A DNA stretch of 64,000 nt from Acidobacteriota bacterium (GTDB lineage: Bacteria > Acidobacteriota > UBA6911 > RPQK01 > JAJDTT01). The stretch spans positions 5,312,001 through 5,376,000 of the forward strand of contig OZ242374.1 of assembly GCA_965209055.1 (NCBI GenBank), given 5' to 3'. The notes under the pieces are model-generated. The model was not told the origin of the DNA. It saw nothing but the letters and a program-made list of their open reading frames with translations, and did no database searches. Positions 38,872-48,165 of the stretch are shown piece by piece. The stretch's first letter is position 1; each line of letters starts with the position of its first letter. The translations under genes and the position numbers were made by a program.

Positions 38872-40171
38872 TCTCGGCGGCGCTCTGCTGGCCCAACCAG
38901 GTGAACAGAATGGTCACACTCGCCCCGGCGACCATGGCGAAAAGCACCGTCGCGGGCATTCGCCGCAGCGGCCGGTGGAAGATCAGGCCGACCAGGACGG
39001 GAGCAAGCGCCGAACCCAGAACCCGCTGGCCCACCAGGAAGACTTCGAGGGTCATGGGCAGGGCATAGGCGAACAGGCCCCCCAGGATCGCGCTTCCCGC
39101 CACCGCGACGCGCGCCGCGGTCACCATTTCGCCCTGGGTTGCGGCCGGCTTGATATGGCGTTGGTACAGGTCGACGGTCAGGTAGGAGGCCACCGACATC
39201 AGGGCGCTGTCCAGCGTGGACATGGCGCCGGCGATGGCGCCGGCGAGCACGAAGCTCACCAGCAGGACGGGCAGTCCCTCCGACATGAGACGGAAGAAGA
39301 CGTGGTTGGGCTCGGCTCCAACACCGAAGGAGGCGCGGCCCAAGAGGCCCAAAGCGTGGGGAAGGATGTAGAAGAAGGTGCACAGAATGCCGCCGTACAA
39401 GAAGCCAAGCTGCGCCTCCCGGGTGCTCCTGGCCGACAAACCACGGACGAACAGCGCATGGTAGACCATTGCGATCACGATTCCCTCCACGACCCAGCCG
39501 GCAATCGTTCCGAATTCAAGCGTCCCGGTGAATGAGACCATCTCTGCAGGAAGCCGCCCCGTGAACCCGGTCCATCCACCCAGCTTTGTCACTCCGATGA
39601 CGAAGATCAAAATGCCCGTTGCCGTCAGCATCACGGCCTGGATGGAGTCGGTCCAAAGCACCGCCCACTGACCACCCAGCAAGACGTAGACGATGGTGAC
39701 CCCCAGGACCATCATCAGCGCGGGAACGAAACCGATACCCAGAAAGAAAGAAATCAGGATCACGCTGGCCAGAATGGTCCCCGCAATCGCGCCCATGTCC
39801 CCGATAAACACCAGGATCAACGTCACCAGCTTGTGCCGGGCGCCGAAGAGCCTGTCGATCAGTTGAGGCACGGTCAGGACACCGGTGCGCCGAACCTTTG
39901 GGATGATGTAGAGGCCCAGCCAGGCGGTGGCCCCCATGTAGGAGAAATGGATCCAATAGAAAGAGATGCCGAGGTCGTAGGCGCCGCCCGTGCCGCCGAC
40001 GAAGGTGCCGACACCGACCCAGGTGGCCAGAATGGAGAGGCTGATCATCCACCGGTTCGCCCTCCGGCCCGCGACCAGGAAATCCTCCACGCCCCGGATC
40101 CTTCTGGACAGGACAGCCCCGAGAACCATGAGGCCTGCGATGTAGAGGAGAACGAGAGACCAGAGAAGCAT
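38714..40171 (-). CDS. Sodium:solute symporter (SSS)
   Basis: DFLVAGR, GGQWAVLWTDSIQ, AGAMSTLDS, TVDLY. Confidence 0.92.
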   Translation of the reverse strand: MLLWSLVLLYIAGLMVLGAVLSRRIRGVEDFLVAGRRANRWMISLSILATWVGVGTFVGGTGGAYDLGISFYWIHFSYMGATAWLGLYIIPKVRRTGVLTVPQLIDRLFGARHKLVTLILVFIGDMGAIAGTILASVILISFFLGIGFVPALMMVLGVTIVYVLLGGQWAVLWTDSIQAVMLTATGILIFVIGVTKLGGWTGFTGRLPAEMVSFTGTLEFGTIAGWVVEGIVIAMVYHALFVRGLSARSTREAQLGFLYGGILCTFFYILPHALGLLGRASFGVGAEPNHVFFRLMSEGLPVLLVSFVLAGAIAGAMSTLDSALMSVASYLTVDLYQRHIKPAATQGEMVTAARVAVAGSAILGGLFAYALPMTLEVFLVGQRVLGSALAPVLVGLIFHRPLRRMPATVLFAMVAGASVTILFTWLGQQSAAEIKGIAYVWHWHPCIPGTAATVLALLVGARMERPPAQPGMPPERAGSRENAGR

Positions 40172-40198
40172 TTCAGTTGCTACCGGCGTGATTTCCGG

Positions 40199-40366
40199 TC
40201 ACCCGCCGAGGGCCTTCGAAACCAGGAAGAGCCACGCCAGACCCAGCAGTTGCAGGACCAGGAGCGTGAGGATGGGGTTCAGGCGCGGGACCCGAGCCTG
40301 GTCCAGGGCCTTCATCAGTTCCTCGGGGCCTGAGCCACTTTGAAGGTCGTTGTCAGTCGACTTCAC
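40199..40366 (-). CDS. 55-aa single-TM protein, not in the ORF track; putative SSS accessory subunit
   Basis: GGGAGG RBS + GTG; MKSTDNDLQSGSGPEELMKALDQARVPRLNPILTLLVLQLLGLAWLFLVSKALGG. Confidence 0.7.
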   Translation of the reverse strand: MKSTDNDLQSGSGPEELMKALDQARVPRLNPILTLLVLQLLGLAWLFLVSKALGG

Positions 40367-40488
40367 AGTATCCTCCCGGACGCTTCCGCAGCGGGCTCTG
40401 AACGTTCCGCCGGATTGTACATTGGATCTTCCGGCGAATGCCGGAGGTTGCGAAGGGTCGAAAGCTGGAACGGGGCGAGGTTCTCGAA

Positions 40489-42135
40489 CTAACCTGAGCT
40501 GGCCTGGGGGCTCTTCACGACTTCAAACGATTCTTCCGCGGTCACCTTCTCGTCGCTGATGCGATCCTGAACCAGGACTTGGACGCGGTACTTTCCGGCC
40601 TTCAGGTGTCTCAGAGGCAACCCTTTGATCAGCACCACTCGCCGAGGGGAAAAAAACTGGATCGATTGTCCATTCTGATCCAGAGTTTCCGTAAAGACCT
40701 CGCCGTTTTGCGAAGAGATCTTGTAACTGATCTCGAGTGAGGGCGTCTCGTCTGTCTGATCCAGCGCCGCATTGTAGACCTGCAGGTAAACTCCCAGACG
40801 ACCGTCACTGGTGAATACTCTCTTCAGGCTGGGATGAATCCAGACGTCTCCCAGTACGAACATCTGGTCGTCCTTGGGGATTTCGCCGAGCTGCCGTATA
40901 AATTGGGACAGAATCAACGAACTTCCGACGAGCTTCTCTTTTGGAAAGGACGGCGAGATGATGGCCCGGCGGACGGCGCCGACCTTCGTGCCCCGGAGAT
41001 CCTTGACCACCAGATCGATCTTGTAGCGCATCCTGGGGTCCAGTATGAGGTGCTTCTGATACAGGGAATGCGTTTGAAGGGCCTGCTGAAAGACTTCCGG
41101 CGGGTAGGAAATGATCAGGTCGTTTTCAAACTCCGCGACAACCTGGTTGGTAATACTGGTGACCAGACCATAGACCGCCACCTCTGCAACGTATCCGCCC
41201 TCTTCCTGCTTGAAGGTCAGGTTCTTGTTCTCCACCTGAATCGTGACCGGAACCAGAACCTTTTGTTGGTTCAGTCTAAAGTAGTCCTGACGAGTCTCCA
41301 GGGGAAGCGTCTCGTAGGAGATACCGACCTTCACCAGTTCCTGAAGATCCTTGTATTTGATCTGCAAGGGCCGTTGCACCCTCGCGTACGTCTCGTACCG
41401 GACGAAAGGGTTGTCCTTGGCACGCTGGTTCATGAAGGGATAGCGCTGCGAATTCCCGGGAGTGAAGTAGGGTCGATCCTTCTTGGTGGCCAACCGCATC
41501 TGTTCGGCGACGGTCTTTCCGGCTCCGGGGACACGCAGAAAAGCGTCCTTTTCGTCCGGGACCATGGTTAGCCGGTATTCGCCCGTGAGGCTGTTGTCGA
41601 CGAACTCCAACTCGACGTCGTTGCCGATCCCCTCAATATGGCGATAGCGCCAGATTTCAAAGGGGAAGGTGCTGGTGGTGCCTCCTCCTTCATAAAAGGG
41701 GCGCTGGTAGACTCCGCCCGACGGATAACGTTCAATCTCGGCGGGTGGACCGTGGATGATGTAGATACGGCCCCGGTCTACTTTCCACCCCGGTATGCCA
41801 CTTGAGAAATTGTCGTTGGCATAGGCGATTCGGCGATAATGTTCTTCCTTGAACTCATTCACGGCCGTGATCCGGTCCGGGTCGCGCCGCAGCCAGAACT
41901 GTTCAATAAATTGTTCTTTTTCCTCCGGGGTCGTCAGCTTCTCGAAAACCGTCCTCTCTTCTTCCAGGATGATGTGAACGACATCCTCGTTCAGCCACCG
42001 CTCGAAATGGTCTTGCCGCTCTTCACGCGCTTGCCTTTCCTGCTCTTTCTTGCTCTGAACAGGCACCAGGCCAACTGAAAATCCAAGAGACAGCAGGGAG
42101 TGGGCCACCAACGCTGCCAAGCAGATAACTCTCAT
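40489..42135 (-). CDS. GWxTD domain-containing protein
   Basis: WLNEDVVHII, FWLRRDPD, EEHYRRIAYAN, GWKVDRGRIYI.HGPP. Confidence 0.9.
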   Translation of the reverse strand: MRVICLAALVAHSLLSLGFSVGLVPVQSKKEQERQAREERQDHFERWLNEDVVHIILEEERTVFEKLTTPEEKEQFIEQFWLRRDPDRITAVNEFKEEHYRRIAYANDNFSSGIPGWKVDRGRIYIIHGPPAEIERYPSGGVYQRPFYEGGGTTSTFPFEIWRYRHIEGIGNDVELEFVDNSLTGEYRLTMVPDEKDAFLRVPGAGKTVAEQMRLATKKDRPYFTPGNSQRYPFMNQRAKDNPFVRYETYARVQRPLQIKYKDLQELVKVGISYETLPLETRQDYFRLNQQKVLVPVTIQVENKNLTFKQEEGGYVAEVAVYGLVTSITNQVVAEFENDLIISYPPEVFQQALQTHSLYQKHLILDPRMRYKIDLVVKDLRGTKVGAVRRAIISPSFPKEKLVGSSLILSQFIRQLGEIPKDDQMFVLGDVWIHPSLKRVFTSDGRLGVYLQVYNAALDQTDETPSLEISYKISSQNGEVFTETLDQNGQSIQFFSPRRVVLIKGLPLRHLKAGKYRVQVLVQDRISDEKVTAEESFEVVKSPQASSG

Positions 42136-42167
42136 GGAAGAAACGACTTAGAGTCTGATTGAATGTA

Positions 42168-42195
42168 ATTTTACCACTATTCACCGGGCTGTCAA
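42168..42195 (-). promoter_or_regulatory. Sigma70 promoter of the GWxTD gene
   Basis: TTGACA, 16 bp, TAAAAT with extended TG. Confidence 0.7.
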
Positions 42196-42432
42196 TGACC
42201 ATCGGGGTCGGCGTATGGGGACTCCTTGTGGGTGCCCTCTTCAGTCGAAACCGACCCTGACCAGGTCCACGCCGGGACATGGCGTGGGTGTCACGGGGTG
42301 GCCTCCGCTCGATCCCGGTCGCCTGCACCGGGAGGGCTTCTCCTTTCCATCTTGGCGGCATGAGGCGTAGTATCCTGGTAACGCGATACGGTCTTGGCCT
42401 TCCAAAACCAAATCCACGAAGGTAGGTCGCCG

Positions 42433-43647
42433 ATGCTCAAGATATCCTTTATTGCCGTTTGCCTGCTCCCTTTCCTGGTCGCGTCTGCCGCAGCTCAGCA
42501 ACAGGGACAACCGTCCGAAAAGAAACCGCCTGAGTTCCGCAGGGAGGGACAGGCCATCGATCAGGGTCGCCGCCAAAGACCGGTCTATATTCAGGGCAAA
42601 GTCGTTACGGATGATGGAATCGTGCCGACCGAGCAAGTTCTCGTCGACCTGGTTTGCAGCGGCTCCGTGTACCGGCAAAGCTACACCTCGGCCAGCGGTA
42701 CTTTCAGTTTCGAAATAGGAACTTCAAGGCAGGTTGTTCCGACAGCTTCCATGGACGCCAGTGTATCGACGCCTCCGTCCAATCTCTTCGGCTCCAATGC
42801 CAGAAAGCTCAGCGCCAAGGAACAGAACTTTGGCGGTGGTCATCCGTTGAGCTTCGATTCACTGAACCTGGCGACGTGCGAGTTGCAAGCCCATTTGCCG
42901 GGATTTCGATCCGAAAAGGTTCCCCTGGGACTCCGCAAGTCGTTGGACAATCCGGACGTGGGGCTGATCGTCTTGTACCGTCTCGGGAGCGGTCACGGCA
43001 CCGTCGTCAGCAGGAGCACACTGCAGGCACCCAAAAAGGCCAGACAAGCCTTTGACAAGGCGGTGAAAGAGCTCAGAAAAAAGAAGACCGACTATTCGAA
43101 GGCGGCACGGAGTCTGGAACGAGCCGTAAAACGGTATCCCCAATTTTCCGAGGCCTGGAATCTCCTGGGGGAAGTCCGATTGGCACTTCGGGACGGGTCC
43201 GGAGCCCGGGAGGCATTCCGGCGCTCGGTGGCCGAGGAGCCGAACTACATCACCCCCTATCTCACCCTCGCCAAGATTCAGGTGAGACGACAGGAGTGGG
43301 AAGATGTGGCCCAGCTTACGAATCGAGTCATAGAACTCAGCCCCGATCTGACACAGGCTTATTACTTTAACGCCGTGGCGGGAGTTTCCTTGGGACAGTT
43401 CGAATTGGCGGAAGAGAGAATTCGTCACGTCAGGCAGAGTAGCGAGGCCGCAAACTACCCCGTGGCCCATTACCTCTTGGGAATGATCATGGTCAAGAAA
43501 GGGGATGTCGCCGCAGCGGCCAACGAGTTTCGCCAGTTCCTGCAGGTGAATCGCAATCCGAAAATGGTGGACCCAATTAGAAAGCAGTTGCAGGAATGGG
43601 AGGAACTGGATCTGATTGCGGTCACTACGAGTGAAGAGCCCAACTGA
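42433..43647 (+). CDS. Secreted protein with N-terminal beta domain and TPR repeats
   Basis: Signal peptide; APKKARQAFDKA...YPQFSEAWNLLG TPR units. Confidence 0.85.
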   Translation: MLKISFIAVCLLPFLVASAAAQQQGQPSEKKPPEFRREGQAIDQGRRQRPVYIQGKVVTDDGIVPTEQVLVDLVCSGSVYRQSYTSASGTFSFEIGTSRQVVPTASMDASVSTPPSNLFGSNARKLSAKEQNFGGGHPLSFDSLNLATCELQAHLPGFRSEKVPLGLRKSLDNPDVGLIVLYRLGSGHGTVVSRSTLQAPKKARQAFDKAVKELRKKKTDYSKAARSLERAVKRYPQFSEAWNLLGEVRLALRDGSGAREAFRRSVAEEPNYITPYLTLAKIQVRRQEWEDVAQLTNRVIELSPDLTQAYYFNAVAGVSLGQFELAEERIRHVRQSSEAANYPVAHYLLGMIMVKKGDVAAAANEFRQFLQVNRNPKMVDPIRKQLQEWEELDLIAVTTSEEPN

Positions 43648-43866
43648 GTCTGGTGGGGCGGTCCCACTATTGTGCAAAGCAGTGTGGACGGGGATCCGTC
43701 CAGACGCAGATGGAGCAGTATCCCGCCCGGGTCGAAGAATTGGTGGCCGCCGGGGACTATACGGGCGCCCACGCCCTGATGGACAAGATTGGTGAGTTCC
43801 GCTCGCAAGAGCCACAGGTGGTGCGTTTGAGCCCAACCTGCGCGGACCAGGAGAAATGAAATCAGC

Positions 43867-44244
43867 TTATTTGAGGCTGTAGAGGTTTGTCCTCTCTGCT
43901 TCCGGCAGATTCTTGACGCGATTGTGAAGTTCGGCACAGTATTTTTTGCGGTCGAACTTCTTGGCGGCTTCTTCCAGGCGGAACTCCTGCAACAACCGAC
44001 GACAGAGAGCGTCAAGGTTCTTTTCAAAGGTAACGCCGCTGCTAAAACCGTACTTCAACCCATCGCGCGTCACGTAAAACTCGGGCCTTTTGTCGGTGTC
44101 CCACACATACGGATTCTGATCCGTCGCTCGGGCCGCGAGATTCACCCCCAAGTACCCCGTCAGGTACTTGTAGGTAACTTGCACGTAGCACCCCTTGGAG
44201 TCATCCAACTGAAACGTCTCGTCTTGGTATTTATATGCTTTCAT
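43867..44244 (-). CDS. Hypothetical protein
   Basis: 125-aa ORF with protein-like composition and lower GC. Confidence 0.6.
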   Translation of the reverse strand: MKAYKYQDETFQLDDSKGCYVQVTYKYLTGYLGVNLAARATDQNPYVWDTDKRPEFYVTRDGLKYGFSSGVTFEKNLDALCRRLLQEFRLEEAAKKFDRKKYCAELHNRVKNLPEAERTNLYSLK

Positions 44245-44445
44245 GGGTGTTAGCTGCTCTTAAATTGAGGCCTGGAGGCATCGGGGGAAGGTGTCTCCCC
44301 TTGAGACCTGCTGACCGCCACATTTTCGGGTCAAGAACTACGGGGCTCTGCTTGGTGGCCAGGTGCTCGCTGACCGGGATTGACTCAGCGACAGCTCAAG
44401 CTCTTTCCTCCGGAGCTCCGGCGGCCAGCACCGTTGATCTCATGA

Positions 44446-44667
44446 TCACACCTCGAATTCCGAACGGGGTAGGCCGGACTGGCGAATGATCGACATCAAC
44501 GTGCCAGTGCGTAGCTCTCGGTGATCGGGCACTGGAACGGTGATCGTTCCATCGTCATCCGCTTTCTGCATCGCGATGTGGCTGCCGCGCCGCCTCACCT
44601 CCGTGAACCCATTGGCAGCGAGAATGCGGCACACCTCGCGACCGGACAGGACGCGCAGTCCAGCCAA
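44446..44667 (-). CDS. hicA: HicA-family mRNA interferase toxin
   Basis: LRVLSGREVCRIL..NGF.EVRRRGSH...VPVPDHRELRTGTLMSIIRQSGL. Confidence 0.9.
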   Translation of the reverse strand: MAGLRVLSGREVCRILAANGFTEVRRRGSHIAMQKADDDGTITVPVPDHRELRTGTLMSIIRQSGLPRSEFEV

Positions 44668-44881
44668 CCGCGACCTCGATCTGGGTCACATAGACTTCGC
44701 CACGCAGACGGCGGTTGACTTCGTCGGTGGACGCGGTCTCGAAAAACAGGGTGAGGGCCTCGGCAAGATTGTCGCGCGCCTCGACCACCGTCTCCCCTTG
44801 GCTCGCGACATCTACCTCCGGGCAGATAGCCACATAGCCATCACCCTCGCGTTCCACGATTGCGGTCAAGTGTCTGGTCAT
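44555..44881 (-). CDS. hicB: HicB-family antitoxin with read-through C-terminal extension
   Basis: LTAIVEREGDGYVAICPEVDVASQGETVVEARDNLAEAL; the family-like end EVAVG is followed by TGG instead of a stop. Confidence 0.88.
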   Translation of the reverse strand: MTRHLTAIVEREGDGYVAICPEVDVASQGETVVEARDNLAEALTLFFETASTDEVNRRLRGEVYVTQIEVAVGWTARPVRSRGVPHSRCQWVHGGEAARQPHRDAESG

Positions 44882-45641
44882 TACTGTCTCCCTTTCCAAG
44901 ACTGGCCGGTTCCGTGTCTCAGGTGCGTGGAGATAACTTGTAGCAAATCAGAGGTGCTCAAGTCAGGTGTTGACAAGGGTACCAGCAGGTGACTCCATCG
45001 GGGCTTCACGTGCAGTCGTTTTCTCTCAGCGGGTCCCAGATTCGCTCGAGCAATGCAGGTAGGGGAACATCGGGAATCCGTCAGCTCCGCTCTGAGTCGT
45101 CCCTCTTCTGGTTGGAGGATTCCCGCCATGATGTCGTATCCGCTGGGCACTCGCTCTCCTATTCTCTTCATCTTAACCCGTCGAGATCGACACGCCAGCG
45201 CAGGTTCGTTCGAAGGTCACGGCCACTCCCCCCGTTTGAAGAAATACCCGCTCTGCCGCGGGGCGCTGGCGGAGCCTGAACCTCGTTCCGGAGCCTATAC
45301 CGTACCCTTCTTCTGACCAAGCCAGGCCAACGACAACTCGGATCGCCCCTGCCGGTCACGCTCCCTGGGAAAGCCAGGGGTCCGATGGCCCAACCTCGCA
45401 CCCGTGCCGTTGTCAGTTCCTCCACCACCCGTTTCAACGACTTGGCGTTCCAAATCATCGAATCCGTATCGCAGCCGTCATCACGGGGATGCTTTTGGGA
45501 CACCTGAGCTCTCCCTGTATTTGTGGTGCCGTTGACCCTGCTGTCAACGCCAGATCGGCTACAACCCATGCTGTGATCGGTTGTTTCCGAGTACTCCAAC
45601 GGTAAATCGGAGTGCCGGAACGGACTGGATACGGCTTCGTT

Positions 45642-46730
45642 TCAGGGTCCGTCGATACCGAACAGCTTCACCGCGTTGCCGCCCAGGATTTTTCCCATGT
45701 CGTCCGGGGCGATGAAGCCGCAGTGGTAGCGCAGGTAATCCAACGACTGGCGGTAGGTGCAAACCCGCTCGACGGCCGGCATATCCGATCCCCACATGAT
45801 CTTGCCGGCGCCGATTTCAGCATAGAGTTGCTTGATGATTTCCTGCGCCTGGGGATACGGGTACTCCCAGCGTGCGCCGTTCATGATCGGGAACAGCAGT
45901 TCCAAATGAATATTGGGAAGGCGGCAGAGTTCCAGTGCGAGGCTGCTGAGCCGGTCGTTCTCGAAGTGGTTCATCTCGAAACAGTGAGTGATGACGAAAT
46001 TGATGTCGGGCCATTTTTCGACAAATGCTCTGAACACCTGCAACTCATTGGCAAAATCGCGTGGACTGAGTTCGTTGCGGCACCGCAGGTGCCATAAGAC
46101 TGGAATCTCCAAACTGCCGACTTGTTTCCAAAACGTCCTGAATTCGGGTTGGTCATAGTAGGTCTTGTAATCGACCATGAAGAACGACTCGGTGCCGTCG
46201 AAATACAGTGCCCGCATACCGAGGCTTTCCACGCATCGGGTCAGTTCCGCGATCTGGCTGTCTTCATAGGCCCGCCATTCGTCGATTTCGGCTGCGCCCA
46301 CGAAACGGCCGGGAAACCGATTCATGGCGTCCACCACCAGGTCGTTGAGGCGGCCGTAGATGTGGGCCCGGGAAATGACGCCGACGTCGACACCGAGCTC
46401 ATCCATCTGTGCGATCATCAGTTCGGCTGGCGCCTTGAATGCCTGCAAGGCGGCGGGCATCCACTGCACGTAGTAGTCCTCGCCTTTATGGGTCCAGACC
46501 AGACGGCCATGCTCACCCGGCCGGAAGTTCACGTCGAACATGTTGCTCAGTCCGGTTCCCAGGCCGTCATGCAGCGTTCGCCGGTTCACCCGATGTTGGT
46601 CGGAAAGACGGCGAATCCCCTGCATATGCCAGAGCATGTGCCGTTGTTGGAATCGCATCCGCTCCGCGACCGTTCCATGTTCATCACGGCCCGGATGCGG
46701 CCAGACATGAGCGTGAGTGTCGACAATCAT
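45642..46730 (-). CDS. Amidohydrolase_2 family metallo-hydrolase
   Basis: MIVDTHAHVW (HxH) and KIMWGSDMP. Confidence 0.9.
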   Translation of the reverse strand: MIVDTHAHVWPHPGRDEHGTVAERMRFQQRHMLWHMQGIRRLSDQHRVNRRTLHDGLGTGLSNMFDVNFRPGEHGRLVWTHKGEDYYVQWMPAALQAFKAPAELMIAQMDELGVDVGVISRAHIYGRLNDLVVDAMNRFPGRFVGAAEIDEWRAYEDSQIAELTRCVESLGMRALYFDGTESFFMVDYKTYYDQPEFRTFWKQVGSLEIPVLWHLRCRNELSPRDFANELQVFRAFVEKWPDINFVITHCFEMNHFENDRLSSLALELCRLPNIHLELLFPIMNGARWEYPYPQAQEIIKQLYAEIGAGKIMWGSDMPAVERVCTYRQSLDYLRYHCGFIAPDDMGKILGGNAVKLFGIDGP

Positions 46731-46750
46731 CGTGTTGGCGGAACGAGTCG

Positions 46751-48061
46751 CTACCGGGGCATCCCCTGAAGATAAGTGCTCACTCCCTGGGTGAAATCGT
46801 CCTCGACCTGCTCGGTGAAGGGCGAGACGCGGCCGGGTTCGTAGCCGCCTTCCGCGAAAGCCTGCCGGGTGGGCAGATACCCCAGGAAACCATTCGTGTA
46901 GCCGGCAAAGAAGGTGTAGGGAAAGGGAGAATGGTTGCGTACGTTGATGGCGATCTCGCAAAACAGCTCGACCGGCGCTGTCCACAGGACGAGATCATCG
47001 TTGATCTTCAGGAAACGGACCGGGACGCGAACCAGGCTCGCTCCGGTTTCCGTCTCTCGAAGGTAGTGCGCCAGTTCCTCGACCCAGCCAAAGCCGGGCT
47101 TGCGGGGGGTCTCGATGACCGTCTCTCCAGTCCACAAGACGACCTTTGAAGTGCCGGTCTTCAGGGAGCGGTTCGCTTGCAGGATTCGATCCCCCAGCAA
47201 CACGTTGAACTGGGTAATGTGACCTTTCTTGAAATCCGGATAGGTGCTGTAGAGAGGGGATATATTCCCGGCTGCACCGTTGACGTGCAGCATCGGCACA
47301 CCCACCTTCTCCTCGACGTATTCCGACACAATCCCTTGTGCATCTCCGCTGATCAGGAGGTTCTCGGCCCCGAGAACGGTCCCGTGCATGGCATAGACGG
47401 CAACCAGGCCCAGCGGCGACCCGTCTGTCCGGTCCAGCCGAATCAGTCCGATCTGGCGGTCCACCGCTGCCTCCGGGTTCATTCCATAGGAGGCACGCCC
47501 GTCAACGTCGATGGCGCGCCGGTTGATGTTCGCCATCGAGTGACCGGTCGTCACTCCCAGGCGCGCCGGTTCCAATTTTGACCGAGCCTCCCGAATGCCC
47601 TCGATCAATCGGGCTTTCACCCATTCGGAATACTCAGGGTTGTGCTCATGCAAGAACCTCTCAGGCTGCATGCTCTTGATGAGGCCCGGCGAGCCCACCT
47701 CGGGAGCCGAGTGGGTGTGAGTCAGGGTCCACCACACCTGCTCGGACCGGATACCCGTCTCCTGTTCCAATTCCCTGCAAAACTGCTCGTAGAAGGCAGG
47801 CGAAATGGCGGCCAAGTCCGAAGAGACGAGAAAGAACTGCGTCTTCCCATCATCCATTGCAGCGATTCGATGATAGATGCGGTCGTGGACACCCTCGGAT
47901 TTCCTTGGGCCATAGCCCAATAGCCACAGCGATTCTTCCGGGGTGATATCCACCTTCACACAGGAGGCCCGAAAGTCTCCGGCGGCTCCTCCGGGAAGAG
48001 TTCCCGAAACGGCCATGACCAGGATAAGGACGAAGAATATGGAGCGGTGAAAAGATTTCAT
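46751..48061 (-). CDS. Neutral/alkaline ceramidase-like secreted hydrolase
   Basis: KVDITP, THTHSAP, YAMHGT, NGAAGNISP, GYTNG..GYLPT...GGYE. Confidence 0.85.
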   Translation of the reverse strand: MKSFHRSIFFVLILVMAVSGTLPGGAAGDFRASCVKVDITPEESLWLLGYGPRKSEGVHDRIYHRIAAMDDGKTQFFLVSSDLAAISPAFYEQFCRELEQETGIRSEQVWWTLTHTHSAPEVGSPGLIKSMQPERFLHEHNPEYSEWVKARLIEGIREARSKLEPARLGVTTGHSMANINRRAIDVDGRASYGMNPEAAVDRQIGLIRLDRTDGSPLGLVAVYAMHGTVLGAENLLISGDAQGIVSEYVEEKVGVPMLHVNGAAGNISPLYSTYPDFKKGHITQFNVLLGDRILQANRSLKTGTSKVVLWTGETVIETPRKPGFGWVEELAHYLRETETGASLVRVPVRFLKINDDLVLWTAPVELFCEIAINVRNHSPFPYTFFAGYTNGFLGYLPTRQAFAEGGYEPGRVSPFTEQVEDDFTQGVSTYLQGMPR

Positions 48062-48165
48062 GGTTGGATGATGTCCCGCCGTTTCACGGTCAGAGGTTGG
48101 GAGGCTTTGAATAGATTTATACTACATCTCCTCGCCGCAGTCGGCGAGTTCGAGACGGATGGTTC

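Noticed and set aside
42205-42257. Hammerhead ribozyme on the minus strand (CUGAAGA + stem)
   Set aside because: The required GAAA after stem II is replaced by AUACG, so the core is incomplete.
43653-43859. 68-aa ORF with a TPR-like helix pair
   Set aside because: Probably a gene fragment; too short to assign.
45168-45599. Possible eroded HEPN-like gene (DSMIWNAKSLKRVVEEL)
   Set aside because: Only a faint resemblance from memory, lost after ~20 codons; needs BLASTX.
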